A stretch of DNA of 64,000 nucleotides from Raillietiella orientalis (lineage: Eukaryota), in the NCBI GenBank assembly GCA_036172245.1, contig JAYWIR010000004.1, positions 5,456,001 to 5,520,000 of the forward strand. The letters run 5' to 3'. The first letter of the stretch is position 1; the number at the start of each line of letters is the position of its first letter. Positions 1 through 11,290 of this stretch are shown in pieces. A program made the translations under genes and the position numbers. Under the pieces are notes generated by a model. The model worked only from the letters and a program-made list of their open reading frames with translations. It had not been told where the DNA came from and did not search any database.

Positions 1-3000
1 TCAGTACCTAAGAGGCAGGAAGGATGCCGTTTCTAGATGATGCTAGAAACAACTGCGCTGTAATGAGTGAACCAGACAAACCATCCTCCCATAAAATAGT
101 CAAAAATGAGCTTTGGGTCATTAACTTGTTTGAACGCCCACCACTCCAATATAGATCGGAATTACAATGGGAAACACGAAGTTGCATCATTCCGAAGTAC
201 AATCTGATACAAAATATAAACACACATCCCATCTACACTTCTTGATTGAAGGCTGATTACTAACCATAATTCATCATTAGCTTTGACTGCAATCTCGCAT
301 CCCAGTTTTATTCGTAGATATATCTGCCGTTGTAACATTTCATCATTTGCTCTCCGAAGGTGCAATCAAGTCTTACGTGTGGACAATACCCAGACTAGGT
401 GGTCAAGTGTTTCTGCATAGATTTTGTGCTTGCTAATCACTTTTTCCACAAAAACCGTTTCGCCCTCTTTTTTGCAGAAAGTCTTCCAACTCATCCTGAA
501 TTGCACGTGGTCACCAGATGTGACTCCAAATCGAAGAATGTTGAGGGTTCCGGTGTCTCTCACGAAGCTTCCCAATGCAGACGATTAGAATGTCTTATGA
601 ACCATTTGCATGGCCCATTACCTCTGGTAGTTTATTCGAAAGTTACAATGAAGAGTTCACCACTGAGCCCTTACTCGTTTAGAGATTCTACTTCAACCGT
701 ATTATGCCTTTATCAATGACATGGTGTCACCAAAATCGTAAAGCAGCAGTTACAATCTTCTGATTACTTGAGCTATCAGCATATCCACTAATTTATCTTC
801 ATCCCTTGAATAAAATGGCTGCATTCCATCTACGATTGCAAATACAATGGAATCTCCTAAGAATGCGTACTTAGCATTCCTGAGGAGGCACTTATCTAAG
901 ATAGTCTAAAATAGACTTTATATGCGATTTAAGATCGTATAAGTCTTCTCCTCCTGTTTCCAAGGTACATAAACTCGAACTTTTATGATTGAGGGAGTTG
1001 AATACAATTTTTCTCCATTCCTGAAGTTTTTCCCCCCACTTTTTCGTTTTTCTTACTCCCCATAAAATAACTCGAGAAAATATGATGAAACGAAAGGGTC
1101 GAATGAATGATATTGAGACAGCTGTTTTCCAAATTACACTCCTGTATTATTCTGAAATATGATCTGGATATTCTAAGTATTGAAGGGAAAAACACTAAAT
1201 CCTGATGGCTTTCTTAATTGTAGTGTGCTTCCGAACACGAGCAGAGACGCTGCTTCCGAAACAAGTCGAAGTCTTTCGTTGCGAGCCAGATGCAAATCAT
1301 GAAAAAATGATCACAACGGTTCTAATTGAAAAAAGGCATACACATGTGAAGTCCGTAGCTACCAAAAGTCAGTTCGAATTCAGAGAGGGACTTGAGATTT
1401 TGGGAAAAACCAATTTCATTGGAATCGTTGCTAGACTCGTTATCAATGAAGCGCTCCCATTCTCGACAGATTTAGACGAAAGGATCTGCACCATTTGATA
1501 GAATGATGCAATTTGTTCTATAAGACTGTTGAAATTCTATAAGCTTAACAGAATTTTTTTTTTTTTTTACTAAATCATGAATAAATTGATAATAATGGCT
1601 TTTGTGTGATGCTTTAACCCTATCTGTGTACTAAATCAATACATATGGACTTGTTCTTAGAAGTTCTGATTTATTTCCTTTTAATCTTATAGTTGGACAA
1701 TTGGTAGATTTTTTCTAATGCATAGATAATAGTCATACTTTATGTTACACGTATGACTTGTAACTTTACAACAGAAGATGCCAATCTTGAACCTATTTTG
1801 TCTTCCATTTATTTGTTAAATAGGCAGGTGATATCAATGATGATTGTAGCAATATAATATAAAGGACACATATGCGTCACTGTCATATGTCATATCATCA
1901 AAGAACTAACTGCTTTAAGTGTTTGAACCACACAGATCTCCATTTTTGACTAAGTGTCGTCCTGTTTCAGAACATGTTTGAATAATATTTGCACAAACAG
2001 AGTCTGAACGTTACATAGATCGGCTCCATAAAGTATAAGAAAAAAGGTAGACATTCAGAAATGTATTTATCGTATGAGTTGTTTATTTGCTACCCGTGAC
2101 TTCCATGCTCCGATAGACATGTTTTCCTGTGCGATCTGCTTAACAAGTGTAAGGAGTGCACTTCATTGGACTACCAATCAGAATATGAATCCTCTAATAC
2201 TAGAAGGAAAGGAATGTATATCAGTGCATCATTCGCTACGGATAAACTCGAGTTGTAAAACATCTCAAGTAGAGATCTTTATCCTTAAAGATCAAAAATG
2301 GGGATATAAAATTGTCTATGAAAAAAAATCAAGTAACTGATAAGGCATACAACCTTTACTGGAGTTAAAATTTTTTAATATTTTATTAAAAAGTACTTTG
2401 ATCTTCATGCTATTATTAAGGTTGCAAGATTGAGTATTTTATTGCACTTTTGTTATGAACTGGCCACAATGCAAATTAAAAGGTCGACCTTTTGGGACTT
2501 TTCTGCAACCTGACTTCCGAGAAATTTGCATTTTTACTGTTGTGTGGGGAAATAATTAGTATATTATTTTATATGATTTAAATGTAGCTACTTGAAATAT
2601 TTGAGGGGTTCGGGATTTTTCATTAAACAAAAGTATTTTTGAACTAGCTTTTTTATTAGCTTCCTTGTGTTCAGATTTCTTATTGATTCGAAAACTTTTC
2701 GAGGTCATATCTGTTCCAAATGAGGCAGGAAAAGGAACGTAATTGGAATTCGTACTGGATATTGAATATTCTAGGCTCTGCAACACTTATCTGGAACATT
2801 GTCTCCAGCTCTTCTTTCTAGTGTAGAATAACATGAACTGATCGAAATTTAAAAGTCAAGATCCAATTATCTGAATTATAATTGAATCTTGACACTTGCT
2901 AAGTTTTGAAAGATGCAAAGTGGATGCAAATACACATTTTTGTGTAATGGTTTTGAAAAATAGTTTACTGCCGAATAAAAGAAAAGAATCGTCTCCTGAA

Positions 3001-5221
3001 TTGCCTGTGACTGTTAAATTTCTTCATTCTCAAAATAAAGATCAAGAAAGTCGATTTTACATTAAAGTAATTTAATAAGTTATAAATGCAAATCTGTACA
3101 ATGTGCAATTTGTCATCCTTTTATGTGAATATGATTTCCTTTTGATTCTGGTAGTACTTGCGCAATTGTTTGTACCGGAAGGCGCTCCTTTCCTGGATGT
3201 TTCAGTTTTATGGTGAACATATTGTTAGTTTGTAAGCCAATTAACAGAAGTTTGCTCTCTACAACTAATTTCATTTATGCCTTTTGCAAGGTACCTCCAG
3301 CAAGCTGTTATGAACTGTGTAGTTCTTAGGCGTGTTTAAGTTCGGAATTGTACTGCGAAGTCAAACTTCTTAGCAAATACAAGAAGTTCCGTTTGCTGTT
3401 TACTGTTCACAGTATTGGCAGTTGAGATCGGATTTGTAATTTTATTTAATTTTTTTTTCTAACCCTGAAAAGTAGCTTTCCATGAACTTTGCTGATAATT
3501 TTCTACCAACAACTGCGTGCTTTGATTTAAAATGGTGGTCATACATAAATACGCGTATTCATTGTCTTTGAAAAAGTATTTGTTTAAGAATGCGTGCAAT
3601 GCGGCAGAATTATTTTAGTTATTTTATGTTGCATCGATCCATACCTGTGGTACACACATCTTAAAGATATTTTGTTTACACAGTATTCTGAATCATAGAA
3701 GCATGCCCTATTACGATTTTTACTCAGCTGTTAGATAATTTTTATGAAATCATGGGTTAATATCCACTAGGCCCATGATCTGTTATTAATGATAAATATC
3801 TTTTTCATGCTACTCAAAGGTACTAATTATCTCTTTTACAAAAGCAGCTTTTCAAAAGGGTGGTTCTAGATATTTGCAATGTCTCAAGGTTTCACCGTTT
3901 CCTCCCACAACTTGCATATGTTGTATCCCCTCCTTTGCATTTCTTGTAATGACATTGCAGCTTATGGAAGAAACTCTCTGTAACCACATTTATGTATTAC
4001 AATACTTTGTGATGGTTGGAATACCTAATATTTATGAAAACATGAAATGGAATGTGAGTGAATGATTTCATGAGAAATCAGTTTACCATTCTGGAAGTTA
4101 GAATTCACCATTATGGATTTTTTTGTTATTAACACTGCAGTATTTGTCAGTTCTCAGCATTCCAAATTATCTCTACCTGACTGATGTATTTATTAGAAAA
4201 GCATGTTGTCACTCACTCGGTTATGGGGGTTTTCATTTCATTTTGGTGGGATAGGATTTTCATTTGATTGTATTGCTTATTATTTTAGTTGTCACCTCAG
4301 CATCAATTAATTGAAAAGGATGACTAAATATTGTTCATAAATATCTCTAGGCAGTTATATGTTTTCAGATCTCTTATTGCCGAATTTTCACAGGAAATTC
4401 TGCAATAAGAGAGCAGTGCCTGTTACTGCCATGTCATTAATTTCATCGTTTTCTATGATGAATTTTAATGTTTCTCTCATTTTCTGAAGGCATAAATCTT
4501 TCAGTTGTTCATTGTTTTACTTTGTTTATTATAGTCAGCAGGTTGATTTATTCAAAGATCCTTTAGCCATTCAAAGCCTTTAACCACACTTTGTTGTAAG
4601 CGATTTTGGAAATTCTGTAGGTCATCAAGTTGTTTTGATATGAGTTTAAAGTGTCTACCTGATCAGCATTGCTATATTAGCTATCAAAGCAAAAATTGAA
4701 AATATGTGCTCCTGTAGATCAAAATTTATCAGTATTTGTACAACTCCAAGGTAATTTGTGAATCTGTTGAGTCAAGTTTTGTGAAAAATCGATGTAGTTT
4801 CCTCATGGTTTTCCTGGAAAATTCTTGATCAATAGTAATTGTGTACTAAAAACAAAAATTCGGTGTGCATATTAATTTTGAAGTGGATCTGTGCTGATGA
4901 TTGTTCTGAGCAAGTCTATGATTTGATAGAGGATAAAATGAGATTTGAAAAGGTTTCAGAAACTGTAATACCTATCAATAATAAAAGATATGAATGTGTT
5001 TTATTTAGTCATGCAAATGTTGGGAGAATTATTTAAAAAAAAAGAAATCAACACAAAGTTTGCTGCTTACAGTTTTATTTTTAATGTTTATTTTCTTATC
5101 TATTTGTGTGGTTTGTTCATTTAGTTCATATGCTTAGGTATATTTCATATGTTCTGTTATATCATTGCATTTTATATTATATTGCAGTTTGTTAAGTGGC
5201 TGAATTCCTACATTTATCATA

Positions 5222-7256
5222 ATGTCTGGTATTGGAACACTGACTTTTGATGAATATGGACATCCTTTCATCATTTTTAAAGATCAGCAAAATCAGAAGC
5301 GCTTAACAGGCACTGATGCCCTCAAATCCCATATTCTAGCAGCACGAGCTGTTGCTAACACATTGCGTACTTCTCTTGGCCCTAAAGGACTAGATAAAAT
5401 GATGGTTTCAGCAGATGGGGATGTTACCATTACTAATGATGGAGCAACAATGTTAAAACAAATGGATGTAGAACATCAGATTGCTAAATTAATGGTACAG
5501 TTATCTCAAGCTCAAGATGATGAGATAGGAGATGGCACAACAGGGGTTGTTGGTGAGTTTGAACTGTAAGGTCATCATTGGTTTATTGATCAGTTTAGTT
5601 CTGGCTGGTGCTTTGTTGGAACAAGCAGAGCAACTTCTTGATAAGGGCTTACATCCAATGCGTATAGCAGATGGGTTTGAGATGGCAGCCCACTGTGCAG
5701 TAGCCCATTTGGAAACCATTGCTGAAAGTTTACACATCAGTCCAGATAACTTAGAGCCACTAGTTCGCACAGCCATGACAGCATTGGGCTCTAAAGTGGT
5801 GTCTCGAGATCACCGACATATGGCTGAAGTGGCAGTGCAGGCTGTGCTAGCTGTAGCTGATTTCCAACTCTGTGATGTCAACTTTGAGTTGATTAAAGTG
5901 CAGGGAAAGGAAGGAGGAAGTCTTTCAGATACTCTCCTTGTAAAGGGTGTTGTGGTGGATAAAGATTTCTCCCACCCCCAAATGCCTAAAGAATTGCATG
6001 ATGTTCATATTGCAATCTTGACATGTCCATTTGAACCACCAAAGCCCAAGACTAAACACAAGCTTGATGTAACCAGTGTGGATGACTATCGCAAACTACG
6101 CCAGTACGAGCAGGACAAATTTGATGAAATGGTCGACTTGGTGAGTAATGTGATCAGAAAAGGCGCTAAGAATTGCAAAATAGCTAAGAGCTATATTGCC
6201 CAGACAAGCGCCATATTAATATCAACTGATCTGAGAATCGATCAGTGGTACAAACTATGTTTTTTAAGGTCAAAAAGGCTGGAGCTACCCTTGCTATTTG
6301 CCAGTGGGGGTTTGATGATGAAGCAAATCACTTGCTTTTGCAGCGTAACTTGCCGGCAGTGCGCTGGGTTGGTGGACCCGAAATTGAGGTTTGTACCATT
6401 TGTTTGTTAGTGTTTTGTGTGTCATTGTTTGTTTGTGTTTGGCTCCAAATTAGCCATTTTTGTGGCAGAAAGAGTCAGTACACTAGAGTAATGCATTCCT
6501 AACCATGCATCCCACTGTACATGGTGGCCGTGCCTGAGGGTATGACACAAATTGAAATTTTGTATTTTTCAGCTGATAGCTATTGCTACTGGAGGGCGCA
6601 TTGTACCACGCTTCCAAGAGTTAACCCCGGAGAAATTAGGAAGAGCTGGTCTTGTACGGGAAATTAGTTTTGGTACAACCAAGGATCGCATGCTAGTTAT
6701 TGAGCAGTGTCAGAATTCACGGGCTGTAACCATTTTAGTTCGTGGTGGCAACAAAATGGTACTTTTGGATATACTATGATGCAGATTACTGGTGTTTCGT
6801 ATTTAGATTGTAGAAGAAGCAAAACGCAGTCTTCACGATGCCCTCTGTGTAGTCCGCAACCTAATTCGTGATTCACGTATCGTATATGGAGGAGGTGCTG
6901 CTGAGTTGTCCTGCTCACTGGCTGTGGCACGCCAGGCAGATGATGTTACTGGATTGGAGCAATACGCCTTTCGAGCATTTGCTGATGCATTGGAGGCTAT
7001 TCCTCTTGCTCTTGCAGAGAATTGTGGCTTGCCTCCATTAGCAGTATTAACAGAAGTCAAGGCACGCCAGCTGAAAGAGTCAAACCCTGTTCTTGGTATT
7101 GATTGTAGCATGCAGGGCAGTGCTGATATGCGCCAACAACATGTTGTGGAATCACTGCTTGCAAAGAAACAACAAATCTTACTTGCCACCCAAGTGGTGA
7201 AAATGATTCTGAAAATTGATGATGTGCGCTGCCCAGAAGGCCCACTAATTGATTAA
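5222..7256 (+). CDS. CCT5: T-complex protein 1 subunit epsilon (CCT5/TRiC chaperonin); coding exons 5222-5552, 5599-6140, 6269-6388, 6573-6758, 6807-7256
   Basis: Spliced translation gives typical CCT-epsilon sequence: [120 protein letters not shown]. Four GT-AG introns (46, 128, 184, 48 bp) keep the frame. A probable 5'UTR intron acceptor lies at ~5187. Confidence 0.97.
6162..6255 (+). ncRNA. Intronic box H/ACA snoRNA, SNORA15-like; predicted guide for the 18S rRNA U equivalent to human U1367
   Basis: Lies in CCT5 intron 6141-6268. Hairpin 1 has lower stem GGCGCT/AGCGCC and upper stem GCAA-ATAGCT/AGCTAT-TTGC. Pocket strands GAATT (6170-6174) and CCAGACA (6199-6205) are complementary to conserved 18S UGUCUGG-U-U-AAUUC. 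H box ATATTA (6213-6218) follows 13 nt after the pocket top. A short hairpin 2 (ACTGATC/GATCAGT) precedes ACA at 6250-6252. Confidence 0.8.
6433..6552 (+). ncRNA. Intronic box H/ACA snoRNA; 3' pocket predicted to guide the 18S rRNA U equivalent to human U109 (SNORA42/SNORA80-type)
   Basis: Lies in CCT5 intron 6389-6572. Hairpin 1 is GTGTTTGGCTC...GAGTCAGTACAC with apical GCCA/TGGC. H box AGAGTA at 6485-6490. Hairpin 2 is CATTCCT...AGGGTATG with apical GCAT-CCACT/GGTGG-GTGC. Pocket strands AACCAT (6501-6506) and CTGA (6534-6537) are complementary to conserved 18S UCAG-U-U-AUGGUU. ACA at 6545-6549. Confidence 0.82.
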
Positions 7257-7280
7257 ACATATTATCCTTTTTGTATTTGG

Positions 7281-9380
7281 TCAAATAATTGTACGAATTT
7301 TGCGTGGCGCCACTTTCGTGATTAGTAATGAACTGAGCATTGCTGGACGCAGTCTTTGTTGGCGATGCAAACACCCCTCAGAAGTTTTTGTGTGCCCCAT
7401 GGGCCGGCACAGCGGTGAGTTCTGACACTGATGTCTCTCTCTCATCAGTTAAATGACTGTTCTTACCTTTTGACCCTTATCCAAAATGGTATTTGTTAAA
7501 CACAGCGGAGCTGTCGATGTTTGAATGTCACTTAAGCTTTTTTCAGCCTGCTCACTTGTTTCAGCCTTCAGATCAGAGGGATGAAGTAGTTTTAGTGCTT
7601 CCATGTTTAGTGCACACACACCACGGAAGAAACCATGCCGTGCACGTGTTTCGAAAGTAATGCGTTCAGTTCGGAGGCGACGGTTTTCATCCATCAGATT
7701 TTGTTGATTTTTGTTCATCTATGCGTTTGGTGCCAAGTTCTTTATACATTTTGGGTACATACTTGATCAATGGTTTTCTCATACTCCTGGGCCAAGAGTT
7801 TGCAAGCGCGCTCAGCATGAAGCTGGCACTGGATATTGGTTTGCAATCTTTTTTTCTCCCATATCGTATTTCTCCATTCGTTGAAGTATCGTCTTTGCAC
7901 TTTACGACCGTAAAAGCAGGTCGCATATGTTTGTATGATTTTCTGAAGATGCGTTAGGAAATAAATTTCATACTCACAAGACGGTTGGCATGGAAGGAAA
8001 TCATTTGCCATCTTCTGTAACATGACCCCAAAAGGCGTAGTTCATGGGATTCCTTTAATTTTCCAGCCAGCGTTCCAATTAGGCGATCTCTGCCATGCAA
8101 AGCTCTATCCTGCCATGTGAAAACATTATGGCGAAACTGAGATGAAGGAACTCACTGTCTTTTCTTGGTTTTTGGATTGCAGCTCCTTGATGTGTTTCAG
8201 CAGATTGTTGGCTATTTGGGTAAATTCTTCCCGTAAGCATATACCAATCTCCTTTCGATTTTCCGATACGATGGACTTTTCATAAAAAAAAAAAAAAATG
8301 ACGATGATGGAAACATGTTGCAGATTCCGCGAGTACCAAAATCTGGGTGCGCGCATCAGCGAAAACCACGTCCAGTCTCTGCTGCACCTCCAGCAGCTCC
8401 TCCTTGCGTAGTTTTTTCTCCAGGTCAGCCACCATGTAGCTCAAGTTTTTTGAGGTGAGCACTGCTTGGTTCGACGCACAGTCCAGCTTCCCATCTCCGT
8501 GAGAGAACCAGGTTGGATTTTCGTTTCCCGGAGATGTACCTGGAGCGTCGCAGGGCATCGGGGGATCGAAACATATCGTGGGTTTCTGACTGAGGGCATC
8601 CTCGTTTGGACGAATTCTGAAATCTGAAAGATACACTTGAGATCAAATGGGTTACCTTACATGCTATTCAAGTAATCTAATTTGTCATTATGTGGTCTTG
8701 ACTTTGAGTTATACCCTTGACTGTTCGAGTCCTCGTGGAAAGAAGGCGTTGCCGATCTGCACGTGGAAGGACCAGCAGCGCGATTGGAATTCGATTGGGC
8801 ATGCGTTGACAAATTACGGGAGATTGGAAAGGATTTACGGGAAACAGGCCTTTTGAATTCCTCGTCGGCAGCCTTTTTATTCGGTCTTGCCGACTCCGGA
8901 GACTTTTTGAGCTTTTTTCGGGTTTTCCTGGAACTGTTTGGTAAGTCAAGACTGCATGTGGGATTTGTTTCGGCCTTGAAATTTGCAGAGGTGGAATTTA
9001 ATGAAAGAGGTGGAACCGAATTCGAGTCACTGATGGCTTTGTGTGTGCCTATGCTATTATCCTTTCCTAATGAAGTGGTCAAAGCAGTGGATTGTAACTG
9101 TGAAGGACGAGTAATTTCATTACAGGATTTCCTTTCAATGCGTAATTTCTTACTGAACGCGATGGTTGCCCACTACAACGGCGTGGAATATCAAGCAGTG
9201 GTTTCTCAAACAGCTGTGAAAAGAGTGTTTCGTCACGAGACAACACTCCCAAATCCGGGGCACTAGATGCCGATGGGTGTAAAAAGTCCCTTATCTAGGA
9301 CGCATTGAATAAAAAAAAAAAAAAAATCCTTCTTTCTTTTTTTTTTTTCATCTTACCTTTTTCCTTTTTTGGTTTTGCAT
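7281..9380 (-). CDS. POC5: POC5-like centrosomal/centriolar centrin-binding protein; predicted exons (minus strand) 9380-9357, 9213-9154, 9097-8661, 8616-8337, 8275-8156, 8109-7978, 7942-7763, 7718-7467, ~7427-7281
   Basis: Spliced product contains Sfi1-like W repeats (LLGSCYRRWQ, VQRRYFNEWR), CQLHAERACKLLAQEYE and the POC5 hallmark FETRARHGFFRGVCALNMEA (cf. FMRGVCALNLEA). All junctions are GT-AG and keep the frame. The start codon (9380, or in-frame 9431) and the last acceptor are less certain. Confidence 0.85.
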
Positions 9381-9566
9381 GTTTTGTGCTTTGTGGAACC
9401 TTGCCAGCAATCCGTTGAAAGGAAACAGCATTCCATCTGCAAATTCGCTTTGTCTTTTACCGGTTACTTTTTTGTCATCCTTGAAAAACACTGCAAACTG
9501 GCAACAGGAATGGCGCTATTTGTTAGTGTATCAAAACATAACAATTGTTGCATGGCCACCACATTG

Positions 9567-9584
9567 TGACGTCAGGCGGAAGTG
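9567..9584. promoter_or_regulatory. Candidate POC5 promoter elements: CRE (TGACGTCA) next to an ETS site (CGGAAGTG)
   Basis: Perfect CRE palindrome at 9567-9574 and ETS core at 9577-9584, ~190 bp upstream of the predicted minus-strand ATG, where CpGs reappear. Confidence 0.45.
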
Positions 9585-10434
9585 TCTGCAGAGATGCAGC
9601 AGCATAAGGATCCCATTTCAACCATTGCTCGTCCAGGAACCATCGGAACCACGAAGAAGCTTGGGGTGGCAGTTGAAAATGGGTAAAAAAAAAAAAAGGG
9701 GGAAACGAACTTGCCGCAAGAATGCCGCTCCGCCGCGTTGGGTTGGCAGCCGTTCGCAAAGCGCCTACAACTTTTTCGAAAATGGGGATCACATAACTGT
9801 GCAGCGGTGGGAGCCTCTGGAACCGAACTTTGACAAAAATGCATCCGAATCGGCTCGAAACACGAGAATTCCTATGCACAAACATGCGGCCGGGCCGCGT
9901 GCGATCACGAAATCGAATTCGGACACAGCGATGGGCCGCTTCGGATCCAAAACTTCAGGATCGGCATCCACTGCACGCCCAGCTGAAGTTCCTTGTGTGT
10001 GCAGTATTCTGAATCATGATTCAATCGAACCGTTCAACTCTTGAAGGCATACAAGAACTGGAAAACAAAACTCGGAAAGTTTCCCAAGGTACCCCTGCTT
10101 CATGAGGAAAGCCAATTTCCTCAAAGCAAAGTGGAAATCATCAACTCATCACATGATTCTTGCTCTTCATCCTTCACTCAAGATGCCTTACAAGACAAGA
10201 ATGGAAATTGCCACCCCATCAAATTCAGCATTAAATATCGGGATAGTACTCCATGTATAAAATTCATGCGCCTTGTGCATCGCGTGCACACAGAAATAAG
10301 TGTTTCCCCAATCCCACTATTTTGGGGTAATTTTATTTCTTTTGGCATTCACTCTACAAACTCATTCATTCCACTTCGAACAAAGTTCATTATTATTTTT
10401 CTATTGATGTTTTACTTCGGGGAGTCACTGCACT

Positions 10435-11290
10435 AAGGTTCTAACTAGGGTGGGTTTGAACATTGTCCCCAATCCCTTTCAGGATATGTACATGGGAGAT
10501 ACGTCCATTCCACTGGTCCTCATCTTCCACCATCTGATTAGGATGGCCGTAATAAACAGGGCAATGGTCGTCCTCACATGGGATTGTAACAAGGGACGTT
10601 AACGGTTCTTTGAAACATCTTGGCCAGGACTTCCGTCGGCGAATAGTTCTGCAGCCCTGTGACTCTTTTCAGAGTCTGCCAGTCGTGATTGTGGGGCAGG
10701 TAAAGACATGAAGTCTTGTGTCCATATCCCCACATGCTTTGCAGTCCTCGTCTTCTCTTGCTCCTGTAAAGTATTTCATCCTGGACCCGCTCAGGATTCC
10801 TCCATGACAGAACATTAGGGGGTTGTCCTGGGTGTCCGGCGGTAGGTCACACTCCTCCAGAGCATCGTCCCTATCGCCAACAGGTTGAGTGTGTCAGCCC
10901 CGTAGCGCTGAGCAGCTTCTTGGAGGGCACTGATGACTTTATCTTGTTCCCTTATGATGCGGCGTAGATTTTGTTTGTTTATCCTGGACCATGCGTAATT
11001 ATTGTGATTCTTCCATACTTCGCGGGTCCTGTGGATGAAGCTTCCCGTCATCGTGTCGACATATTTTAGTATCCTGGAGTGGTGGAAGAATCCACTCCTT
11101 CACCATTCTTGTGTTCTTTGTAGAGTGACTCGGCTGTTGGTAGATCCAACTCCGCTTGCCACTGGGGACCGGGAGCATCTGGGGGATTACCAGGGTGGAT
11201 TCTTCCTCCCCGAGTTCCTTGCTTCTAGGCATGATCTTGATTTAGTGCTTCCACACCATTGCCTGCTTCATTTTCCAAGTGGGGTCAATG
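10435..11290 (-). mobile_element. Decayed 3' portion of an L1/Tx1-like non-LTR retrotransposon ORF2 (zf-RVT CCHC knuckle)
   Basis: Minus strand reads DLPPDTQDNPLMFCHGGILSGSRMKYF...CKACGDMDTRLHVFTC (knuckle at 10743-10696), matching the CxxC..ET..H..C motif. Frameshifts and stops flank it. Confidence 0.6.

Noticed and set aside
4450..4495. ATGATGA...CTGA box C/D-like pair
   Set aside because: Spacing of ~35 nt is too short for a C/D snoRNA, and no rRNA antisense element was seen.
8763..9266. 167-aa plus-strand ORF
   Set aside because: Antisense shadow of POC5 exons; splice signals support the minus strand.
9379..10436. 221-aa and 131-aa plus-strand ORFs next to the POC5 promoter
   Set aside because: No recognisable homology. 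The first runs through a homopolymer tract, and no convincing exon structure was found.
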